A stretch of 64,000 nucleotides of DNA from Leptolyngbyaceae cyanobacterium (GTDB taxonomy: Bacteria > Cyanobacteriota > Cyanobacteriia > Phormidesmidales > Phormidesmidaceae), in contig CBDHHL010000056.1 of NCBI GenBank assembly GCA_965263355.1, positions 864,001-928,000 of the forward strand, in the 5' to 3' direction. Below are positions 10,109-20,359 of the stretch, in pieces. The stretch's first letter is position 1, and each line of letters starts with the position of its first letter. The notes beneath the pieces are model-generated. The model had not been told where the DNA came from and did no database searches. It was given only the letters and a program-made list of their open reading frames with translations. Position numbers and translations under genes: made by a program.

Positions 10109-10738
10109 TTACTGGCCAGTACGCGCAAAGTAGCTAGTCATTAGTCCTCGGTAAAGAGGAATATGATTAGACAACATAGCCCCCAGCCCTTCAATATCGT
10201 TGCGCCAATCACGGTGTAGTTCGCAGGCAACCGCAAACCAGTTCAGCAACTGAACACCCGCTGCGCTCATACGTTCCCAGGCCGCTGCCCGTACAGTTTC
10301 ATCGAACGTGCCAGATGCGTCGGTAACAACAAATACATCAAACCCAGCTTCGATGGCGGACAGCGCTACGAATGCTACACACACATCGGTCACAATCCCA
10401 GCAATGATCAGCTGCTTCTTACCAGTGGCTTTTACGGCTGCTACAAAATCGTCATTATCCCAAGCATTGATCTGACCGGGTCGGGCAATATAAGGCGCAT
10501 CGGGAAACATCTCTTTTAGCTCTGGAACAATGGGACCGTTAGGACCTTGCTCAAAGCTGGTGGTCAAAATAGTAGGTAGGTTAAAGAATTTGGCAATATC
10601 AGCCAATGCCAAGATGTTGTTTTTGAATTCATTAGGGGGATAGTCTTGCACAAGAGAGACTAGCCCAGCCTGATGATCCACCATAAGTACAGCGGCATCA
10701 TCTTTGTTCAAGCGATTGTAGTGATAAGGGGTCGTCAT
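10109..10738 (-). CDS. ycaC: Isochorismatase-family cysteine hydrolase (YcaC-like)
   Basis: YNRLNKDDAAVLMVDHQAGL, RPGQINAWD and TDVCVAF motifs. Start moved to ATG 10738 (MTTPYHY, AGGAAAG upstream) instead of 10894. Confidence 0.88.
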   Translation of the reverse strand: MTTPYHYNRLNKDDAAVLMVDHQAGLVSLVQDYPPNEFKNNILALADIAKFFNLPTILTTSFEQGPNGPIVPELKEMFPDAPYIARPGQINAWDNDDFVAAVKATGKKQLIIAGIVTDVCVAFVALSAIEAGFDVFVVTDASGTFDETVRAAAWERMSAAGVQLLNWFAVACELHRDWRNDIEGLGAMLSNHIPLYRGLMTSYFARTGQ

Positions 10739-11352
10739 GATTACTTTCCTAGCTGAAATACCAACAGATGAGTTATTACGAGGCTGATTTTTGTCTCTGC
10801 CGCCCTTTGACTTAGCAAGCGGTGAGCCAAATTCGAGGACATCAAAATTATCACCCGAATCAAAAAATAAGACAATATCCATTTTAGAATTCATATTGTC
10901 GCCTTATTCGATACAATTCACCTATGGATGTGTCATCTTAAGGGACCTCTTCCGGCGGAAGTACAAGCCTTCGGCACAGTGCTTTGGAGATGCTAAATAC
11001 CCTGACACAAAGTATATCCTTACAAGGTTATGCAGTAAGAGTGTACAGAGAGTCTTGGATAGAGCTGACTGAGTCCCCCTGGTTGCAGAATAAAACGCCG
11101 CAACAAATGGCAGGTCGCAGCATCGCTCTGATATCCTATGAAATCTCTTTAATCCTGATAAAATAATAGGCCGTACAATCTTGATAGATCTTCTCGAATG
11201 TTGCTCTGGCTTTGAAGATCTTGCTTTGTTCATCCGGAAATTGTTTCCTGCTCACGCTATCCGACGCAGAAAGGACAGGTGCTCCGTATATAAATTTCAA
11301 CGTTAGCAATAACTTATATCTCCTTGTGAGGGTGTGTAGTTAAATGTTTTTT

Positions 11353-11376
11353 TAGGGGCAGGTCTTGTGCCTGCCC
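11353..11376 (+). repeat. GTAG-family REP-like palindrome
   Basis: TAGGGGCAGG-TCTTGTG-CCTGCCC hairpin. Confidence 0.55.
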
Positions 11377-11423
11377 TAGGATACTGAATGCTGATGAGAG
11401 ATTTTTGAATGGGGGTGCGATCG

Positions 11424-12080
11424 CTAAGTAGGCAAATGCCCAGTCTTTACATAGATCAGACAACCCTCATCACTAAACGGAGTATGGACGCTGTCAGGGG
11501 GATTTCGTAGCCAGGTGCCCTTGGGATAAACACCATGCTCATCGGCGAACGTACCTTCGAGCACAAAGATTTCTTCGCCGCCCCAGTGACGATGGGGTTG
11601 AAACTGAGTCCCCGGTGCCCACTTCACCAGTGCTACCTGTTCAGTGCCATAGGCATGTAACGGCAAAACCTGTAGCCCCTCCACTAATCCAGGAGCCCAA
11701 CCAGCCTGGTTCGTGTTAACGGTCACCTGTTGTTGATCCTGGGGATCCATTTGTCGCAGCTTGACCAGAATTGTTGCCCCCTCTTTGCTATAGGGCGTAT
11801 GGCTGGAACCCACAGGATTACGGACGTATGTACCCGTGCCAAAGTCACCGTGCTCATCGGAGAACACCCCCTCCAACACCAGATATTCTTCGCCGCCCCC
11901 ATGGGTATGGGCTGAGAAGTAACTGTTAGGGGCATAGCGAACAATGGATGTTGCCCGTGCCACTTCTTCTCCATCCCGCTCCAGCATGCGGCGTTGCACA
12001 CCGGGCATAGGGGAATCAACCCAAGGGAGATCGTGGCTAAATACAACAGCGCGTTGATTTAGATCGGCATGAATTTTCAT
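11424..12080 (-). CDS. ChrR-like tandem cupin domain protein
   Basis: Two repeats of HxHxGGEExxVLEGxFxDEHG...RNPxxSxHTP. Confidence 0.92.
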   Translation of the reverse strand: MKIHADLNQRAVVFSHDLPWVDSPMPGVQRRMLERDGEEVARATSIVRYAPNSYFSAHTHGGGEEYLVLEGVFSDEHGDFGTGTYVRNPVGSSHTPYSKEGATILVKLRQMDPQDQQQVTVNTNQAGWAPGLVEGLQVLPLHAYGTEQVALVKWAPGTQFQPHRHWGGEEIFVLEGTFADEHGVYPKGTWLRNPPDSVHTPFSDEGCLIYVKTGHLPT

Positions 12081-12094
12081 GGCATAAACCTCTT

Positions 12095-12877
12095 TTAGTT
12101 GTACTGATTACGTCCGGCCATAACGCCACCGTCAACGTCCCAAACCGCACCGGTAACCCAAGCCGCATGCTTAGAAAGAAGAAAAACAATGGCCTGAGCC
12201 ACCTCTTCTGGGGTACCCACACGACCAATAGGGTGGAATGAATTAAAGCCCTGTAACGCCCCATGCACCTCATCCTTGGGAATAAATCCTTCATAAATCG
12301 GTGTTTCGACTACCGCTGGAGATACGGCATTCACACGGATGTTTTTGTCGGCCAGCTCCATAGCTAGATGTTGGGTGAGGGAATGGAGCCCTGCTTTTGC
12401 CATGGAATAGGCGGAGGAGGGGGTAGCCTGTACCGCTTGCTTGGCCCACATAGAACCGACATTAACGATTGCGCCACCTTGCCCCTGTTCGACCATAGTC
12501 TTCGCCACTGTTTGAGTCAGGAAAAAGGTGGCTTTGTTGAGGTCGAGATATAGGTCATAGTCTGCTTCGGTATGGTCTAAGAATGCTTTGGGTAAAAAGA
12601 CCCCAGCTGCGTTAACCAGCAGTGTAGCATCGGCATATTTGGTGGAAAGACGCTCGCTAAGTACCCGGCGATCGTCTGGGTGGGTGATATCTGCTTGCTC
12701 ACCCACCACAGGGCCATAGGGTTCCAACTCTTTGACCGCCGCCCAGAGCTTTTCAGCCCGTCGACCAATTAGAACAGCAGAGCCTCCTCCTTGTAAAACA
12801 AGCTGGGCTACGCTTTTGCCCATACCGCTGGTACCACCGATAACAATGAGCTTTTGTCCTTCAAATTGCTGAGCCAT
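12095..12877 (-). CDS. Short-chain dehydrogenase/reductase (SDR)
   Basis: GGTSGMG, NAAG, YSMAK and VNAVSP motifs. Confidence 0.95.
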   Translation of the reverse strand: MAQQFEGQKLIVIGGTSGMGKSVAQLVLQGGGSAVLIGRRAEKLWAAVKELEPYGPVVGEQADITHPDDRRVLSERLSTKYADATLLVNAAGVFLPKAFLDHTEADYDLYLDLNKATFFLTQTVAKTMVEQGQGGAIVNVGSMWAKQAVQATPSSAYSMAKAGLHSLTQHLAMELADKNIRVNAVSPAVVETPIYEGFIPKDEVHGALQGFNSFHPIGRVGTPEEVAQAIVFLLSKHAAWVTGAVWDVDGGVMAGRNQYN

Positions 12878-12911
12878 GGGATTTCTCCTTAAATTTAGAA
12901 AATCTTGAATT

Positions 12912-12927
12912 TACCTATTAGTAGGTA
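12912..12927. promoter_or_regulatory. Putative TetR operator upstream of the SDR-cupin operon
   Basis: Near-perfect palindrome TACCTATTAGTAGGTA; a related copy lies upstream of tetR. Confidence 0.7.
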
Positions 12928-12945
12928 GGTAAATGGGCAAAAAAA

Positions 12946-13518
12946 TTATCTACCAATGTAGATAGTTGCTAAAAGCGGCTTAGCAATGCCATCAAAGGTT
13001 GCTTCGCTGTCTTCCGCCGTGCGGGCAATAAGTTGTGCCCCCTGGACGGTGGCTAACAAGAGTGATGCCTCAGTTTCAGGAGAAATGCGTGGTTGAAGGC
13101 AACCTGCCGCTTCTCCTGCTGCCAAAACATCTTTTAGCCAGATTTGCGTCTCTGAAAGAAACAGTCTGACCTCCTGCTGAACAGCCTCAGACAGTACTTC
13201 GCTTTCAGCTGACAGCATGCCACATAGACACATCTGGCATTCGCTGAGGCCATCCCGATAAAGACCGACAAACGCTTGTAGTTGCTTTTGGGGGTCGGTC
13301 TCTGATCGCTCAATGCCTTTGAGCCTTTGCTGAAAAGCATTGCGGTATCGCTTAACCAGCTCCCTACCGAGTGCTTCCTTTGACGGGAAGTGATAGTGAA
13401 TGCTGGCTTTGCGAATACCCACTTGCTTTGAGATATCGGCGTAGCTAAAGGCGCTATACCCTCGACGACGCACGAGACCTTGAGCAACATCTAAAATTTG
13501 TTGAGCGGTTTCCTTCAT
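12946..13518 (-). CDS. TetR/AcrR family transcriptional regulator
   Basis: N-terminal HTH GYSAFSYADISKQVGIRKASIHYHFPSKE; C-terminal MCLCG motif. Confidence 0.95.
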   Translation of the reverse strand: MKETAQQILDVAQGLVRRRGYSAFSYADISKQVGIRKASIHYHFPSKEALGRELVKRYRNAFQQRLKGIERSETDPQKQLQAFVGLYRDGLSECQMCLCGMLSAESEVLSEAVQQEVRLFLSETQIWLKDVLAAGEAAGCLQPRISPETEASLLLATVQGAQLIARTAEDSEATFDGIAKPLLATIYIGR

Positions 13519-13530
13519 GAATCAATTATT

Positions 13531-13546
13531 TACCTACTAGATGGTA
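13531..13546. promoter_or_regulatory. Putative TetR autoregulatory operator
   Basis: TACCTACTAGATGGTA, 12 bp upstream of the tetR start; matches consensus TACCTACTAGTAGGTA. Confidence 0.65.
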
Positions 13547-13617
13547 GATGTCAACCCCCAACGAATCTTTTATACCTCTCTTGCACGAAATCTTGACTGA
13601 TAGCGCTTGGTATCGAA

Positions 13618-13643
13618 GGGCATCCACAAGGGAGTGCCCCTAC
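13618..13643 (-). repeat. GTAG-family REP-like palindrome
   Basis: Minus strand reads GTAGGGGCACTCCCTTGTGGATGCCC. Confidence 0.6.
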
Positions 13644-13685
13644 AGGATTTTTTTGTACCCAGGTTTAAAGAATTCGGAGTTGGTA

Positions 13686-13892
13686 TTACTCCTTAGGGGC
13701 TCTTTCTGTTGCCTCAAATCCAGCTTTTGCGTGGCCCCCGTCGCAAAAGGGTTTGTTGGCCGATGCACCACAACGACAAAGGGCAACTTGGTCTTGGGCA
13801 GGGTAGGATTGCTTATCCCCATCAACCATTGAGAATTCACCCTTAACGATTAAAGGGCCATTATCTAAAACAAAAATTTCAGTATTAGCCAT
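13686..13892 (-). CDS. CDGSH iron-sulfur domain protein
   Basis: NGPL...ALCRCGASANKPFCDGGH. Confidence 0.92.
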   Translation of the reverse strand: MANTEIFVLDNGPLIVKGEFSMVDGDKQSYPAQDQVALCRCGASANKPFCDGGHAKAGFEATERAPKE

Positions 13893-14156
13893 GGTTCTTA
13901 TTTTTGATAGTTAGTCAACAGATACCTGCTGCACGTTCAAATGTCAGTTATTAGGTATCTACGGATATTATTGTGAACCGCATCCCAAAAAAAGACAATA
14001 GCGTTTATCATCTACGCATTGTCATCTATAAAGTGACAATCATTTAATTAACCATTAGCCACAATGACTAAGTCTTTTGATAGTTTTTCCGGTAAGCATT
14101 GGGTGTAGCACCAATGGCGTTTTGAGTTAATCGGCATAAACATCCCTGTCAACCTA

Positions 14157-14204
14157 TTGTGTGCGGCATCGAGCTATTGTTTTCTACCACCCTGCCGCAC
14201 ACAA
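14157..14204. terminator. 12-bp perfect inverted repeat just after the last BGC gene; probable end of the BGC transcript
   Basis: TTGTGTGCGGCA-N24-TGCCGCACACAA, ~40 bp downstream of the MBL gene stop. Confidence 0.5.
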
Positions 14205-14245
14205 GTTCGACCGATGGTCCGCTGCAGTGAATACGGTAGCCGTTG

Positions 14246-15658
14246 CTAAAGCTTAACTAGTGTGCGCTCATCAGCATTTGTATCCATTGGGGTGTCTATT
14301 TTCCAGGTTTCAATCTCTACATCTCTCATCACACTCTCGATCTCTTCATTAGCATATCGGTGCATTAATGGATCTGAAATGGGAATTTGGTAGGCATGGG
14401 GCTGAAACAAACCATAGGGGGTGACACGATAAATCTTGTCGAAGTTGCGATAGTATCCACCCAGATCCACATAGTCCCATCCATTACGCTTCTGCAACAA
14501 TCCGTACAATGCTGAAGCTGTTATGCAGGCAAATAGATTGGAGAGAGGATTCCGTCCTTTCTGGGCAGTCAAGGGGGTCTGAGAGAAATCAATAAACCAC
14601 TGTTTCACACCATCTGGGAAGACAATATTTAGTTGGTAAACAATATTCCAACGAAAATGTTCCCGAAAGAGAGAATAACGCAATTCTTGAATAAAGGTGA
14701 CTAAATCATTTGCGATCGCATCCTCAATCGCTTCACTCATTAGTTTAATGTCATAGTTCTCAGGGTTGCCATCGACCAATTTGTCGGCAATGGCTACGGG
14801 ATAGAAATCTAACTCATTGCGATCGTCTCTGATCTGTTTAACAAAGGAGCAACCACCGGTTTGATGGTTATAGTTAGTCTGATCAAATTCAATCGAATCA
14901 CCAGGCTCTAACGGAAAGACCTTATCCTCCAAATCAGGACAAATATGTTGCACATCTTGGCAAAACTTCTCCCGAGTAACCGGAAAAACAATCTGATTCA
15001 AAAATGCACTACCATTCACATACTTAAAGGCATTGGCCCCTGGAGAAATTGCTTTAGGGTTAATCAGACTAATGTTGTATAGCAGCTGGCCATACTGATC
15101 ATAGGGAAATGCCAGACTCCTATTGTACTGATAGTTGCACTCCATCATGGGCTGCCAAGTAGCCAACAAAAAGTCAATTTGAGGATACTGGCCCAGAATA
15201 AAGGCAGTTGTATCAAGGCTCAATTCTGTATCTACGCAATTCCAGAAAACCCCTGACTCATCCTGTAGTAAAACACCAAACTCAGGTACGCGATTTTCAC
15301 TTCGGGTTGACAGGAAGTTGGTCGAACCACCAATTTCTAATTCTTGAAATTCATCAATGGCGTATATTTTCTTGTAGCCCAACTTTTTTAATGAGCCCTC
15401 GATCAATTCATCCCTGGGAATAATTACTTCCACGGTTTTAGGCAGATGGGCAAGGGAACGAATATCAAAATGATCTAAATGTTTGTGAGAGATTATAAGA
15501 ATGTCAAAATCCGGGATGTTGTCAATCAGGACATCGCGTTTAGGGCAGACATCTAAAATGCCCTCTTGATGAGGATCCCAAAGGACAGGATCCATCATAA
15601 ATTTAGCATCTTGAGTTTCGATAAAAATAGACGCATGACCAATCATGTCAATTTTCAT
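14246..15658 (-). CDS. Metallo-beta-lactamase-fold protein (UlaG/CMAH-like N-terminus)
   Basis: GHASIFIE...DPVL and HxHxDH motif SHKHLDH. Confidence 0.85.
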   Translation of the reverse strand: MKIDMIGHASIFIETQDAKFMMDPVLWDPHQEGILDVCPKRDVLIDNIPDFDILIISHKHLDHFDIRSLAHLPKTVEVIIPRDELIEGSLKKLGYKKIYAIDEFQELEIGGSTNFLSTRSENRVPEFGVLLQDESGVFWNCVDTELSLDTTAFILGQYPQIDFLLATWQPMMECNYQYNRSLAFPYDQYGQLLYNISLINPKAISPGANAFKYVNGSAFLNQIVFPVTREKFCQDVQHICPDLEDKVFPLEPGDSIEFDQTNYNHQTGGCSFVKQIRDDRNELDFYPVAIADKLVDGNPENYDIKLMSEAIEDAIANDLVTFIQELRYSLFREHFRWNIVYQLNIVFPDGVKQWFIDFSQTPLTAQKGRNPLSNLFACITASALYGLLQKRNGWDYVDLGGYYRNFDKIYRVTPYGLFQPHAYQIPISDPLMHRYANEEIESVMRDVEIETWKIDTPMDTNADERTLVKL

Positions 15659-15768
15659 AATTTTTTACCTCCTAAAAAACGTGAGTTGAATCTGAATCAG
15701 ATTGCGTGATTAAGTAAAGTCAGTTGTAAATCAATGTAGAATTCTGGCCGAAAACATGCTCATCTAAA

Positions 15769-16641
15769 CTAGGCTGTGGTCGCTGTTTTCTCTAGGGTTA
15801 GCCTAGCCGCACTAATCTCAGGCATATAGGTTTGAACAACATTGTCTAGAAGGCTATCTTGGCCTTCTACCAGGGCATACTCAGCCGCTACATGATCAAT
15901 ATTGGACGCATTGATGAAATTTTCGGTCAGCGAGATTCCGGCCTCCAGATTTCTCACTTGATGCCACCATTGGCTGGGGGTGAACATAAGGTCACCAGCT
16001 TCCTGAATACAGGTATAGCCTTCAACATTTCTATATTGTGGACAGACCTCTAAATCCACATTAAAACCATCGATAGAGCCACCATTGAGATTATCCGTTT
16101 CATTGGCTGGATAAAACAACCACTCTTTTTTTCCACTCAACACAGCATTCCATGCTGACGTGCCCATTACATCACGATGCATGGGAGAACTCGTATTTTT
16201 AGCCCCAATATACATCCAGCGCAGGCTGTAGTCAGCGGCTTCACCTTGGAATAACTCTGGAGGTATCCGTCTCACCCAATTTTCAAAGTAATCGGGCACC
16301 GTATAGTCATCCAACAGCTCAGGGTAATCGCTACTAAATGTCCAGTCTGCTAAATAGTAAGGAGGCGTATCTTGGGTATTTTTTGCGTAGTCCAGATATT
16401 CAGCCAGCAAAAAATTTCGTTTATCCTCTCGATTCTTACCTCGACTGGCCACAACCTGGGTTTGACCATATCGTTGAACAAACTCTTGTCCAGTCCATTT
16501 CTGATAAGCAGGCCATTGTTTTGCCACACCACGAATCACTACCGGCTTACTCTTCAAGAGATAGTGATTGATAATTGTTGGGAAATCAGCTTTTTCTAAA
16601 ACATCAACAGGTTGTAGGGTAGGATAATTAGTCAAGTTCAT
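15769..16641 (-). CDS. JmjC (cupin_8) Fe(II)/2-oxoglutarate oxygenase, JMJD6-like
   Basis: KPVVIRG...WPA, RWMYIG...MHRD..GTSAWNAVLSGKKEW and PSQWWHQV (HxD...H triad). Confidence 0.9.
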   Translation of the reverse strand: MNLTNYPTLQPVDVLEKADFPTIINHYLLKSKPVVIRGVAKQWPAYQKWTGQEFVQRYGQTQVVASRGKNREDKRNFLLAEYLDYAKNTQDTPPYYLADWTFSSDYPELLDDYTVPDYFENWVRRIPPELFQGEAADYSLRWMYIGAKNTSSPMHRDVMGTSAWNAVLSGKKEWLFYPANETDNLNGGSIDGFNVDLEVCPQYRNVEGYTCIQEAGDLMFTPSQWWHQVRNLEAGISLTENFINASNIDHVAAEYALVEGQDSLLDNVVQTYMPEISAARLTLEKTATTA

Positions 16642-16737
16642 ATCAGTAGATTTCCATCTTTATAAAAAATTACGGCTTTTCTAAGCTTGGGTGTGTAAGG
16701 GCATGCTTGCAAGGAGTTAAAAACATTTGAATCAATA

Positions 16738-18072
16738 TCACGAATTCTCACCTGTTGCAGTATCTTGCTCAACTTGCAATAAGGGAGCATGGCGATAGGC
16801 AATAGATGCAGTCATTATGGATAATCCGCCCATAATGATGAACATCAAGCCAATGCCTCGACCTGGCCCGGTTCCAATAATCTGGCCGACCCCCTCCGAC
16901 CAAGGGCCTTCAAACTCCATGGCAGGCTCTAGGATTAAGTCTACGACTGAGCCAGATGATATAGCAGTGATTGTGGCTACCGACGTGATAGCGTTGTTTA
17001 GGGCAAACACCCGGCCTTGTAATTCTGGTGCAACATATTTCTGAAAAATAACTTGAATAGAGCCATCGACAAGTGGTAACGTTGCAAGAAAAAGAAAAGC
17101 GGCCACTGCGATTAGAATTAAGGACGGTCTGACTCCGCTAGCAATTGCTTCCAATCCTCCTAAAAACATACAACCACAAATCACTGGAACTAGGCGCTCC
17201 TGACGGCTTACCCAAGTACCCATCAAAATGCCGCCCACAACTGTCCCTAACTCTGCTGTCGAGATCACAAAACCCAGGGTTTCAGTAGTGGTTAAGTTTA
17301 AAATCAGGGGAACGAACAAAATCGTTCCTACAGTCGATATGAATGCATAAACGGCTCGTACAGTAATTAAACTGAATAACCCGGTTTGGTTAACCAAGTA
17401 AGTCCATCCCTGCTTAATCGGTTGAATAAATGAATTGTTTTCACTATCTACTTCAGGCAAGGACACCTGTAGCTCTGGAATTTGGATGAGTAGAATTGGA
17501 ATAATACCGATTAGAAAGCTAACACAGTTAACCAATAGAATGCCTTGGATCTGGATGATGGTTAGGAGTAATCCAGCTGCCACTGGAGCCCCGAGCTGTG
17601 CGATCGCATCTCCCACACGAGTTAAACCACTGGCCCGGGCTAAATCTTTCGGTTCAACTAATAAGCTAACTGCAGACTTAAATGATAGGCTTTCAAATTC
17701 TGTAAATATGGCACTTAAGCACGTAAAGAGATATATGTGCCATATCTTTAAGGAACCGGTAATGAACAGGACAGCCATGGCCAAAAAGCACGACGCAGAG
17801 CCAATTTCGGAAATAACAATTATCCATCGACGGGACCAACGATCAACAACGACACCTGATAGGGGTGCCAGGAAAAAGGTTGGTAATGTTATGAATAAGA
17901 TACCAAGGGTATAAAAGTTAACCGACTCTGTAGTTTGAAGAATCCAAATATCCAGAGCAAATCTTGCCAGACAGTCGCCGATGGTGGAGACCATAGATCC
18001 TAGCCATAGGAAAACAAATGTATTCATTCCCCTTGCTGCTGGTTTTTCGGTGATGATTGATGATTGGCCCAT
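16738..18072 (-). CDS. MFS efflux transporter (DHA3/MefA-like, NRPS-associated)
   Basis: ~12 TM segments, GVVVDRWSRR, LQGRVFA, GTGPGRGIGL. Confidence 0.9.
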   Translation of the reverse strand: MGQSSIITEKPAARGMNTFVFLWLGSMVSTIGDCLARFALDIWILQTTESVNFYTLGILFITLPTFFLAPLSGVVVDRWSRRWIIVISEIGSASCFLAMAVLFITGSLKIWHIYLFTCLSAIFTEFESLSFKSAVSLLVEPKDLARASGLTRVGDAIAQLGAPVAAGLLLTIIQIQGILLVNCVSFLIGIIPILLIQIPELQVSLPEVDSENNSFIQPIKQGWTYLVNQTGLFSLITVRAVYAFISTVGTILFVPLILNLTTTETLGFVISTAELGTVVGGILMGTWVSRQERLVPVICGCMFLGGLEAIASGVRPSLILIAVAAFLFLATLPLVDGSIQVIFQKYVAPELQGRVFALNNAITSVATITAISSGSVVDLILEPAMEFEGPWSEGVGQIIGTGPGRGIGLMFIIMGGLSIMTASIAYRHAPLLQVEQDTATGENS

Positions 18073-18240
18073 AATTTCCTTAAACTAAGAGCAAAGAGTG
18101 AATACGTCCTCATGCTCATTTTCCCTAACTTATCTAACGTCACCTAATAGTCAGCAACTACAAATCAGCATTCATAATGATTGAGCAATTTTCCTGTCAG
18201 GGATATACCTAATTCAAGATTCCTCATAACTATTCAGCCT

Positions 18241-20202
18241 TTAAGTTGGATAATCTCCAACAATCATCCTATAAAAGTCATTATTTTTCCCAAGTTCAAT
18301 GGCTCCTTCATATGACAAGTGCCCAGCATCTCTATATAATAGGGCTGAATCAAGGTGGGTTTGACATCGCAATGAATTGCATGTCAGTTTATCGACACGG
18401 ACAACACGATAATTATCCTTGATAATATCTAACAAATCATAGGCTCTTAAGCGACTAAATCGCATCTCATCCACAGCGAAATCGCACGCATCTAAGTCTA
18501 TTCCCATCCATGCGGCGTGTTCTAAGCAGTGACCTAAATCATTGCCATTGGAAGCTGGGGGAGAAAAGACGACAGGAGTGATTCCCATTATTTCTAGCTC
18601 ATTAAGTGTATTGGTTAACTCTTTGAGAGCAATCTGAAAACCAGCATTCAAAAACTCTCCATTGCGAGACAGAAGGGTACTATTTTCTGATAAAAATCTA
18701 TTATCTAAAGGGGAGGATAGTACGGCATACTTAACTGTATTGTTTGTTTTTAACCAGTCACGAACTTTGCCGGAAAAATCAAGGCATCCTTCAGACCAGC
18801 TGATAGTCTGGTCCGGTGGCTCGAAAGATGCAATATCAAAAAAAGGAGAACAGACTCTTTTAGTCATCTGAATGATTTTTGCATCGGGATTAGATGCCAT
18901 AATCGCTGGCACTAAATGCATTGCAAACGAGTCTCCCCAAACGACAATTTCTGGCTGATCACTTGTCCTACAATCAGGCGACAGTGTGAAAGAATTGTCA
19001 CAAACATTACTCAATCCGGAACTGAGTTCTCGATTGTTTACCATGGCTTGATTAGAGGGCCCCCTATGGGTGATTCGGGCACTGAACCCACCCGTAATGT
19101 CGCCAGCCCACCCTAACAAAGCCAACAGTAACAGTCCAGCGATCGCCAATGAAGTCACTATTTTTGTTTCTACACTTTTTCTAAATGGCGTTTCTACATA
19201 CTTCCAGCTCAAATAGGCGAGGGGAAATAGCAGTACAACCAATCCAGCTAACAGTAAACTATTAGGCTCAGTTAAACTTCGATGCCTAGCAAACGCAAAA
19301 ATAGAATGATGCCAAAGATACAAACTATAGCTAATTAAACCAATCCCGACCAATATGTTCGTTCCGAGCAATTGACCAACTAAGGTCTCTGATGAAGAAA
19401 ATAAAATAATAAGCCCTGCTCCGACCGTTGGTATTAAAGCATGGAAACTAGGAAACGGAGTAGCATGATTAAACGCATAGATCGAATATCCAATCATCAG
19501 TAGACCAATCAAGCTTATGACTTCATTGATAGCTCTACGATCAAATAGAAGAGTAAATCTGGATCTTCCATATAAAAGCAAAAATGCAATAATTGCACCA
19601 ATGGCAAACTCCCAGGCTCTTGTTGGCAGAATGAAGAAGTTTGCTGAAGGATGGTGAAATGCTTCCCACTGTGATAGACCTAGACTTGTAAGCGCGATGA
19701 GCATCAAGGACGTAAATATCCAACGCTTCTGTAAGCGCCACATTAGAAGTAGAAACAGTGGAAAGAGAAGATAGTATTGTTCTTCAATGGCTAAACTCCA
19801 AGTATGTAAAAGTGGCTTAAATTCATTGCTTGTTTCCCAATATCCTGTTTCTTGCCAGAAAAAAATATTTGAAGCAAATATAGAAACTGCTATCAGGCTA
19901 CGGGAAAAGGCTTTCATGTCCCATTCTGGTAGCCAAAACCAGGCAAAAATTAGGGAAGCAAGCGTTACTAAGAATAGTGCAGGGAAAATACGCCTGATCC
20001 GTCGCTCATAGAAGTTGAGTAAGGAAAACGTGCCCTGCTCTTTCTCAGTAAAAATTATGGTTGTAATCAGATAACCACTGATAACAAAAAAGACATCTAC
20101 TCCAATAAATCCACCTCTAAAATACTGACATCCTGCATGAAACAAAATTACCGAAATCACCGAAATAGCTCTAAGGCCATCAATTTCAGGACGATATTTC
20201 AT
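18241..20202 (-). CDS. Acyltransferase family 3 + SGNH domain (OafA/YrhL-like O-acyltransferase)
   Basis: YRPEIDGLRA, GVDVFFVISGYLIT and HTWSLAIEEQYY; SGNH motifs GDSFA and DAGHLS. Confidence 0.93.
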   Translation of the reverse strand: MKYRPEIDGLRAISVISVILFHAGCQYFRGGFIGVDVFFVISGYLITTIIFTEKEQGTFSLLNFYERRIRRIFPALFLVTLASLIFAWFWLPEWDMKAFSRSLIAVSIFASNIFFWQETGYWETSNEFKPLLHTWSLAIEEQYYLLFPLFLLLMWRLQKRWIFTSLMLIALTSLGLSQWEAFHHPSANFFILPTRAWEFAIGAIIAFLLLYGRSRFTLLFDRRAINEVISLIGLLMIGYSIYAFNHATPFPSFHALIPTVGAGLIILFSSSETLVGQLLGTNILVGIGLISYSLYLWHHSIFAFARHRSLTEPNSLLLAGLVVLLFPLAYLSWKYVETPFRKSVETKIVTSLAIAGLLLLALLGWAGDITGGFSARITHRGPSNQAMVNNRELSSGLSNVCDNSFTLSPDCRTSDQPEIVVWGDSFAMHLVPAIMASNPDAKIIQMTKRVCSPFFDIASFEPPDQTISWSEGCLDFSGKVRDWLKTNNTVKYAVLSSPLDNRFLSENSTLLSRNGEFLNAGFQIALKELTNTLNELEIMGITPVVFSPPASNGNDLGHCLEHAAWMGIDLDACDFAVDEMRFSRLRAYDLLDIIKDNYRVVRVDKLTCNSLRCQTHLDSALLYRDAGHLSYEGAIELGKNNDFYRMIVGDYPT

Positions 20203-20359
20203 TTTTTACGCATCAGTAATGGTGAAGTTTATAAATTATAGATTTCTTATCACTAAACTTAGTTGAAAAAACTTCAATATATTGTAGCCCTGAGCACGAT
20301 ATTTTCTGTCTCCATCCCTAATTAACATGCATTTTTATCAACCTGAGAATAAGTGCAAC

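Noticed and set aside
10791..11233. ORFs 10791..11072, 10922..11233, 10984..11166 and the N-terminal extension of the YcaC-like ORF
   Set aside because: Mutually overlapping, no motifs, non-protein-like composition; the YcaC-like sequence starts at 10738
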